This document shows positions 55,601 through 64,000 of a stretch of 64,000 nucleotides of DNA, one piece after another. Source of the DNA: Squalus acanthias (taxonomy: Eukaryota). The position numbers and the translations under genes are program-made. The stretch lies in the NCBI GenBank assembly GCA_030390025.1, contig JASTWF010000359.1, positions 248,001 to 312,000 on the forward strand. Reading direction: 5' to 3'. The notes under the pieces were generated by a model. It ran no database searches. It was not told where the DNA came from and saw nothing but the letters and a program-made list of their open reading frames with translations. The first letter of the stretch is position 1, and every line of letters begins with the position of its first letter.

Positions 55601-58114
55601 CTCCAGGACTGTTACTGTACCATGTGATATAACTCCGGGACCGTTACTGTACCGTGTGATATAACTCCAGGACTGTTACTGTGCCATGTGATATAACTCT
55701 TGGACCGTTACTGTACCTTGTGATATAACTCCAGGACCGTTACTGTAACTTGTGATATAACTCCAGGACTGTTACTGTACCATGTGATATAACTACAGGA
55801 CCGTTACTGTACCATGTGATATAACTCCAGGACCGTTACTGTACCGTGTGATATAACTCCAGGACTGTTACTGTACCATGTGATATAACTCCAGGACCGT
55901 TACTGTACCTTGTGATATAACTCCAGGACTGTTACTGTACCATGTGATATAACTCCAGGACTTTTACTGTACCGTGTGATATAACTCCAGGACCGTTACT
56001 GCACCGTGTGATATAACTCCAGGACTGTTACTGTAGCGTGTGATATAACTCCAGGACCGTTACTGTACCTTGTGATACAACTCCAGGACTGTTACTGTAC
56101 CGTGTGATATAACTCCAGGACCGTTACTGCACCGTGTGATATAACTCCAGGACCGTTACTGTACCGTGTGATATAACTCCAGGACTGTTACTGTACCATG
56201 TGATATAACTCCAGGACCGTTACTGTACCATGTGATATAACTCCGGGACTATTACTTTGCAATGTGATATAACTCCAGGAATGTTACTGTACCTTGTGAT
56301 ATAACTCCAGGACTGTTACTGTACCGTGTGATAGAACTCCAGGACCGTTACTGTACCGTGTGATATAACTCCAGTACCGTTACTGGACCGTGTGATATAA
56401 CTCCAGGACAGTTACTTTACCTTGTGATAAAACTCCAGGACCGTTACTGTACCGTGTGATATAACTCGAGGACTGTTACTGTACCGTGTGATATAACTCC
56501 GGGACTGTTACTGTACCGTGTGATATAACTCCGGGACTGTTACTGTACCGTGTGATATAACTCTAGGACTGTTACTGTACCGAGTGATATAACTCCAGCA
56601 CTGTTAATGTACCGTGTGATATAACTCCAGGACTGTTACTGTACCGTGTGATATCACTCCAGGACTGTTACTGTACCGTGTGATATAACTCCAGGACCGT
56701 TACTGTACCATGTGATATAACTCTAGGACTGTTTCTGTACCGAGTGATATAACGCCAGCACTGTTAATGTACCGTGTGATATAACTCCAGGACTGTTACT
56801 GTACCGTGTGATATAACTCCAGGACTGTTACTGTAACGTGTGATATAACTCCAGGACCGTTACTGTACCGTGTGATATAACTCCAGGACCGTTACTGTAC
56901 CGTGTGATATAACTCCGGGACTGTTACTGTACCGTGTGATATAACTCCAGGACTATTACTGTACCGTGTGATATAACTCCAGGACCGTTACTGTACCATG
57001 TGATATAACTCCAGGACTGATACTGTACCGTGTGATATAACTCCGGGACCATTACTGTACCATGTGTTATAACTGCGGGACTGTTACTGTACCGTGTGAT
57101 ATAACTCCGGGACTGTTACTGTACCGTGTGACATAACTCTGGGACTGTTACTGTACCGTGTGATATAACTCCAGGACTGTTACTGTACCGTGTGATATAA
57201 CTCCAGGACTGTTACTGTACCATGTGATATAACTCCAGGACCGTTACTGTACCGTGTGATATAACTCCAGGACTGTTACTGTACCGTGTGATATAACTCC
57301 GGGACTGTTACTGTACCGTGTGATATAACTCCAGGACTGTTACTGTACCATGTGATTTCACTCCAGGACTGTTACTGTACCATGTGATATAACTCCAGGA
57401 CTGTTACTGTACCTTGTGATATAACTCCAGGACTGTTACTGTACCGTGTGTTATAACTCCAGGACTGTTACTGTACCGTGTGATATAACTCCGGGACTGT
57501 TACTCTACCATGTGATATAACTCCAGGACCGTTACTGTACCGTGTGATATAACTCCAGGACTGTTACTGTACCGTGTGATATAACTCCTGGACCGTTACT
57601 GTACCGTGTGATATAACTCCAGGACCGTTACTGTACCGTGTGATATAACTCCAGGACTGTTACTGTACCATGTGATATAACTCCAGGACTGTTACTGTAC
57701 CGTGTGATATAACTCCTGGACTGTTACTGTACCGTGTGATATAACTCCAGGTCTGTTACTGTACATTGTGATTTAACTCCAGGACTGTTACTTTACCATG
57801 TGATATAACTCCGGGACTGTTACTGTACCTTGTGATATAACTCTGGGACTGTTACTGTACCGTGTGATATAACTCCAGGACTGTTACTGTACCGTGTGAT
57901 ATAACTCCGGGACTGTTACTGTACCTTGTGATATAACTCTGGGACTGTTACTGTACCGTGTGATATAACTCCAGGACCGTTACTGTACCGTGTGATATAA
58001 CTCCGGGACTGTTACTGTACCGTGTGATATAACTCCAGGACTGTTACTGTACCATGTGATATAACTCCTGGACTGTTACTGTACAATGTGATAAAACTCC
58101 GGGACTGTTACTGT
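49605..58114 (+). repeat. 32-bp satellite, segment 3 (266 monomers)
   Basis: 8510 bp = 266 x 32 - 3 + 1 (an extra G near 52245). Contains a 91-monomer tandem duplication. Confidence 0.98.
51870..57683 (+). repeat. Tandem duplication of a 91-monomer (2912-bp) satellite block
   Basis: ACTTTGCAAT occurs at 53342 and 56254 (+2912). GGGCCGTTACTCTACC occurs at 51925 and 54838 (+2913, because of the extra G in the first copy). Boundaries are approximate. Confidence 0.85.
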
Positions 58115-59765
58115 GGGAAATATGGAGATGGCAAAAACACTGAATGAATATTTTGTATCAGTCTTTACAGTAGAGGACACTAAGAATATCCCAACACTGG
58201 ACGAACAGGGGGCTATAGGGGGAGAGGAGCTAAACACGATCAAAATCACTAAGGAAGTGGTACTCGGTAAAATAATGGGACTCAAGGCGGATAAATCACC
58301 TGGACCTGATGGCTTACATCCTAGAGTCTTGAAGGAAGTGGCGGTAGGGATTGTAGATGCATTGGTAATAATTTTTCAAAACTCCCTGGATTCCGCTAAG
58401 GTCCCGGCAGACTGGAAAACTGTTAATGTAACACCCTTATTTAAAAAGGGCAGTAGACAGAAGGCTGGTAACTATAGATCGGTTAGCCTAACATCTGTGG
58501 TAGGTAAAATTTTGGAGTCCATTATTAAGGAAACAGTAACAGGACATTTGGATAATCATAATTTAATCGGACAAAGTCAGCATGGTTTTACGAAGGGGAA
58601 GTCATGTTTGACAAATTTGCTGGAGTTCTTTGAGGAAGTAACATATAGAGTGGATAAAGGGAACCCAGTGGACGTCGTGTATTTAGACTTCCAAAAGGCA
58701 TTTGACAAGGTGCCACACAAAAGATTATTGCTTAAGGTAAAAAATCACGGGATTGGGGGTAATATTCTGGCATGGATAGAGGATTGGCTATCTAACAGAA
58801 AGCAAAGAGTTGGGATAAATGGTTCATTCTCAGACTGGCAATCAGTAACTAGTGGTGTTCCACAGGGGTCAGTGCTGGGTCCCCAACTCTTCACAATCGA
58901 TATTAACGATTTGGAGGAAGGGACCAAGTGTAACATATCAAAATTTGCAGATGATACAAAGATGGGAGGGAAAGTAGTGAGTGAGGAGGACATAAAAAAC
59001 CTGCAAGGGGACATAGACAGGCTAAGTAAGTGCGCAGAGATTTGGCAGATGGAATACAACACTGGAAAGTGTGAGGTGATGCACTTTGGCAGGAAAAATC
59101 TTAATGGCAAGAAACTGGAGAGTACTGAAGTGCAAAGGGATCTGGGGGTCCTGGTGCACGAAACTCAAAAGGTTAGTATGCAGGTGCAGCAAGTGATTAA
59201 GAAGGCAAATGGAATGTTGGCTTTCATTGCTAGGGGGATAGAATATAAAAATAGGGAGGTATTGCTTCAATTGTACAAGGTATTGGTGAGACCGCACCTG
59301 GAATACTGCATACAGTTTTGGTGTCCTTACTTAAGGAAAGACATCCTTGCTCTCGAGGCAGTGCAAAAAAGGTTCACTCGGTTAATCCCGGGGATGAGGG
59401 GGTGGTCATATGAGGAGAGGTTGGGTAGATTGGGACTCTACTCATTGGAGTTCAGAAGAATGAGAGGCGATCTTATTGAAACATATAAGATTGTGAAGGG
59501 GTTGGATCGGGTGGATGCGGGGAGGATGTTCACGATGACGGGTGAGACGAGAACTAGGGGACATAGTCTTAGAATAAGGGGCTGCTCTTTCAAAACTGAG
59601 ATGAGGAGGAACTACTTCACTCAGAGGGTGGTAGGTCCATGGAATATGCTGCCACAAAAAGCTGTAGAAGCTACAACATTAATTAAATTTAAAACAGAAA
59701 TAGACAGTTTCCTAGAAGTAAAGGGCATTAAGGGTTACGGGGAGCGGGCAGGAATTTGGACATGA
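58113..59765 (+). pseudogene. Truncated LINE ORF2 (RT domain), copy 3
   Basis: 550 open codons with 7 aa differences from copy 1, including YRP>YRS and IYIND>IDIND in conserved RT motifs. Confidence 0.9.
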
Positions 59766-59996
59766 GTCTAGGTTCGGATCGGTCATGGCCCTGTGGGTAG
59801 TGGAGCGGGCCGAGGGACTGTGTAGCCTGATTCTGCTCCTATTTCGTGTGTGCAATTCTGTTAGATGCAGGAGATGGTTCTGTGATAAATAGTAGATTGG
59901 CGGTTAGGATCAGATCAGCCATGATCTTATTGAATGGCGGAGCAGGCTCAAGGGGCCGATTGGCCTACTCCTGCTCCTATTTCTTATGTTCTTATG
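58115..59996 (+). mobile_element. 5'-truncated CR1-clade LINE, copy 3
   Basis: Same junctions as copies 1 and 2, at +14153 from copy 1. About 9 substitutions seen relative to copies 1 and 2. Confidence 0.95.
59905..59996 (+). other. Conserved LINE 3' tail, copy 3
   Basis: Same stem-loop and (TTCTTATG)2 as copy 1. Confidence 0.8.
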
Positions 59997-62900
59997 TGAT
60001 GTAACTCTAGGACTGTTGCTGTACCGTGTGATATAACTCCAGGACTGTTACTGCACCGTGTGATATAACTCCAGGAATGTTACTGTACCATGTGATATAA
60101 CTCCAGGACTGTAACTATACCGTGTGATATAACTCCAGGACTGTTACTGTACCATGTGATATAACTCCAGGACCGTTACTGTACCGTGTGATATAACTCC
60201 AGGACTGTTACTGTACCGTGTGATTTAACTCCAGGACCGTTACTGTACCATGTGATCTAACTCCAGGACTGCTACTGTACTGCGTGATATAACTCCAGGA
60301 CTGTTACTGTACCGTGTGATATAACTCCAGGACCGTTACTGTACCGTGTGATATAACTCCAGGACTATTACTGTACCATGTGATATAACTCCGGAACCGT
60401 TACTGTACCGTGTGATATAACTCCGGGACTTTTACTGTACCGTGTGATATAACTCCAGGACTATTACTGTACCGTGTGATATAACTCCGGTACTGTTACT
60501 GTACCGTGTGATATAACTCCGTGATTGTTACTGTACCGTGTGATATAACTCCAGGACTATTACTGTACCATGTGATATAACTCCGGTACTGTTACTGTAC
60601 CATGTGATATAACTCCAGGACTGTTACTGTACCGTGTGACATAACTCCTGGACTGTTACTGTACTGTGTGATATAACTCCGGTACTGTTACTGTACCGTG
60701 TGATATAACTCCGGGACTGTTACTGTACCTTGTGATATAACTCGAAGACTGTTACTGTACCATGTGATATAACTCCAGGACTTTTACTGTACCATGTGAT
60801 ATAACTCCAGGACTGTTACTGTACCATGTGATATAACTCCAGGACCGTTACTCTACCTTGTGATATAACTCCAGGACCGTTACTGTACATTGTGATATAA
60901 CTCCAGGACTGTTACTGTACCGTGTGATATAACTCCGGGACCATTACTGTACCGTGTGACATTACTCCGGGACTGTTACTGTACCCTGTGATATAACTCC
61001 GGTACTGTTACTGTACCATGTGATATAACTCCGGGACTGTAACTGTACCTTGTGATATAACTCGAGGACTGTTACTGTACCATGTGATATAACTCCAGGA
61101 CTGTTACTGTACCATGTGATATAACTCCAGGACTGTTACTGTACCATGTGATATAACTCCAGGACCGTTACTGTACCTTGTGATATAACTCCAGGACCGT
61201 TACTGTACTGTGTGATATAACTCCAGGACTGTTACTGTACCATGTGATATAACTCCAGGACCATTACTGTACCGTGTGATATAACTCCAGGACCGTTACT
61301 GTACTGTGTGATATAACTCCAGGACTGTTACTGTACCAGTGTGATATAACTCCAGGACCGTTACTGTACCTTGTGATATAACTCCAGGACTGTTACTGTA
61401 CCATGTGATATAACTCCAGGACTTTTACTGTACCGTGTGATATAACTCCAGGACCGTTACTGCACTGTGTGATACAACTCCAGGACTGTTACTGTACCGT
61501 GTGATATAACTCCGGGACTGTTACTGTACCGTGTGATATAACTCCAGGACTGTTACTGTACCATGTGATATAACTCCGGTACTGTTACTGTACCGTGTGA
61601 TATAACTCCGGGACTGTTACTGTACCTTGTGATATAACTCCAAGACTGATACTGTACCATGTGATATAACTCCGGGACTGTTACTGTACCTTGTGATATA
61701 ACTCCGGGACTGTTGCTGTGCCATGTGATATAACTCCAGGACTGTTACTGTACCGTGTGATATAACTCCAGGACAGTTACTGTACCTTGTGATATAACTC
61801 CAGGACTGTTACTGTACCGAGTGATATAACTCCTGGACCGTTACTGTACCTTGTGATATAACTCCAGGACTGTTACTGTACCATGTGATATAACTCCAGG
61901 ACAGTTACTGTAACGTGTGATATAACTCCAGGACCGTTACTGTACCATGTGATATAACTCCAGGACCGTTACTGTACCGTGTGATATAGCTCCAGGACTG
62001 TAACTGTACCGTGTGAGATAACTCCAGGACCGTTACTGTACCGTGTGATATAACTCCAGGACTGTTACTGTACAGTGTGATATAACTCCAGGACTCTTAC
62101 TGTACCGTGTGATATAACTCCAGGACCGTTACTGTACCGTGTGATATAACTCCAGGACTGTTACTGTACAGTGTGATATAACTCCAGGACTCTTACTGTA
62201 CCATGTGATATAACTCCAGGACTGTTACTGTACCGTGTGATATACCTCCAGGACTGTTACTGTACCGTGTGATATAACTCCAGGACCGTTACTGTACCGT
62301 GTGATGTAACTCCAGGACTGTTACTGTACCGTGTGAAATAACCCCGGGACTGTTACTGTACAGTGTGACATAATTCCAGCACCATTACTGTACCGTGTGA
62401 TATAACTCCAGGACTGTTACTGTACCGTGTGATATACCTCCAGGACCGTTACTGTACCGTGTGATATAACTCCAGGACTATTACTGTACCATGTGATATA
62501 ACTCCGGAACCGTTACTGTACCGTGTGATATAACTCCGGGACTGTTACTGTACCGTGTGATATAACTCCAGGACCGTTACTGTACCGTGTGATGTAACTC
62601 CAGGACTGTTACTGTACCGTGTGAAATAACCCCGGGACTGTTACTGTACAGTGTGACATAATTCCAGCACCATTACTGTACCGTGTGATATAACTCCAGG
62701 ACTGTTACTGTACCGTGTGTTATAACTCCAGGACTGTTACTGTACCATGTGATATAACTCCAGGACTGTTACTGTACCGTGTGATATAACTCCAGGACTG
62801 TTACTGTACCATGTGATATAACTCCAGGACCGTTACTGTACCGTGTGATATAACTCCAGGACTGTTACTGTACCGTGTGATATAACTCCAGGACCGTTAC

Positions 62901-64000
62901 TGTACCATGTGATCTAACTCCAGGACTGTTACTGTACCGTGTGATATAACTCCGGGACTGTTACTGTACCGTGTGATATAACTCCAGGACTGTTACTGTA
63001 CCGTGTGATATAACTCCGGGACTGTTACTGTACCATGTGATATAACTCCGGGACTGTTACTGTACCGTGTGATATAACTCCAGGACTGTTACTGTACCGT
63101 GTGATATAACTCCGGGACTGTTACTGTACCGTGTGATATAACTCCAGGACTGTTACTGTACCGTGTGATATAACTCCAGGACTGTTACTGTACCATGTGA
63201 TATAACTCCAGGACTGTTACTGTACCGTGTGATATAACTCCAGGACTGTTACTGTACCGTGTGATATAACTCCAGGACTGTTACTGTACCGTGTGATATA
63301 ACTCCAGGACTGTTACTGTACCATGTGATATAACTCCAGGACTGTTACTGTACCATGTGATATAACTCCAGGACTGTTACTGTACCGTGTGATATAACTC
63401 TGGACTGTTACTGTACCGTGTGATATAACTCCAGGACTGTTACTGTACCGTGTGATATAACTCCTGGACTGTTACTGTACCGTGTGATATAACTCCAGGA
63501 CTGTTACTGTACCGTGTGATATAACTCCAGGACTGTTACTGTACCGTGTGATATAACTCCAGGACTGTTACTGTACCATGTGATATAACTCCAGGACTGT
63601 TACTGTACCGTGTGATATAACTCCAGGACTGTTACTGTACCGTGTGATCTAACTCCAGGACTGTTACTGTACCGTGTGATATAACTCCAGGACTGTTACT
63701 GTACCGTGTGATATAACTCCAGGACCGTTACTGTACCGTGTGTTATAACTCCAGAACTGTTACTGTACCATGTGATATAACTCCAGGACTGTTACTGTAC
63801 CGTGTGATATAACTCCAGGACTGTTACTGTACCGTGGAATATAACTCCAGGACTGTTACTGTACCATGTGATATAACTCCAGGACCATTACTGTACTGTG
63901 TGATATAACTGCGGGACTGTTACTGTATCGTGTGATATAACTCCAGGACCGTTACTGTACCGTGTGATATAACTCCAGGACTGTTACTGCACCGTGTGAT
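59994..64000 (+). repeat. 32-bp satellite, segment 4 (runs off the window end)
   Basis: Same monomer. The first ~2 kb repeats the variant pattern that follows copy 2. Confidence 0.98.

Noticed and set aside
43960..59765. Novel RT plus repeat-array system (retron, DGR, DRT or telomerase-like RT synthesising the array)
   Set aside because: The RT is an ordinary 5'-truncated vertebrate CR1-clade ORF2 with its own LINE tail. I saw no template for the 32-mer within the element, there are no partner genes, and the copies diverge in a neutral-looking way.
43962..59996. Site-specific retrotransposon repeatedly targeting the satellite (R2, Tx1 or SART/TRAS-like)
   Set aside because: Identical 5' truncation, a shared internal lesion and shared private flanking variants show one insertion followed by duplication, not three integrations.

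Overview
This is eukaryotic heterochromatin-type sequence. About 91% of the window is one head-to-tail tandem array of a 32-bp satellite (consensus GTGTGATATAACTCCAGGACTGTTACTGTACC, roughly 1,800 monomers, all in the same orientation). It is interrupted by three copies of the same 1.88-kb, 5'-truncated CR1-clade LINE (43962-45843, 47726-49607, 58115-59996). Each copy has an open 550-codon RT-only ORF2 remnant, and its 3' end resembles the HER1 LINE/HE1 SINE tail of sharks and rays, which suggests a cartilaginous-fish host. All three copies share the same 5' truncation point, 3' junction, apparent in-frame deletion and rare flanking satellite variants. They therefore come from ONE insertion that was later amplified with its satellite flanks as a composite higher-order repeat: about 7.5 kb base unit, plus nested duplications of 3764, 2912, 800-832 and 288 bp. 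Other notable points are a doubled 3' recognition stem-loop in the LINE 3' UTR, an insertion without a target-site duplication (3-bp target deletion, ATGT microhomology), and a 14.5-kb block of apparently invariant monomers between indel-rich zones that is probably partly an assembly artefact. I found no host genes, RNA genes or CRISPR array, and no convincing evidence of a novel RT-plus-array system. All coordinates and comparisons were read by eye.
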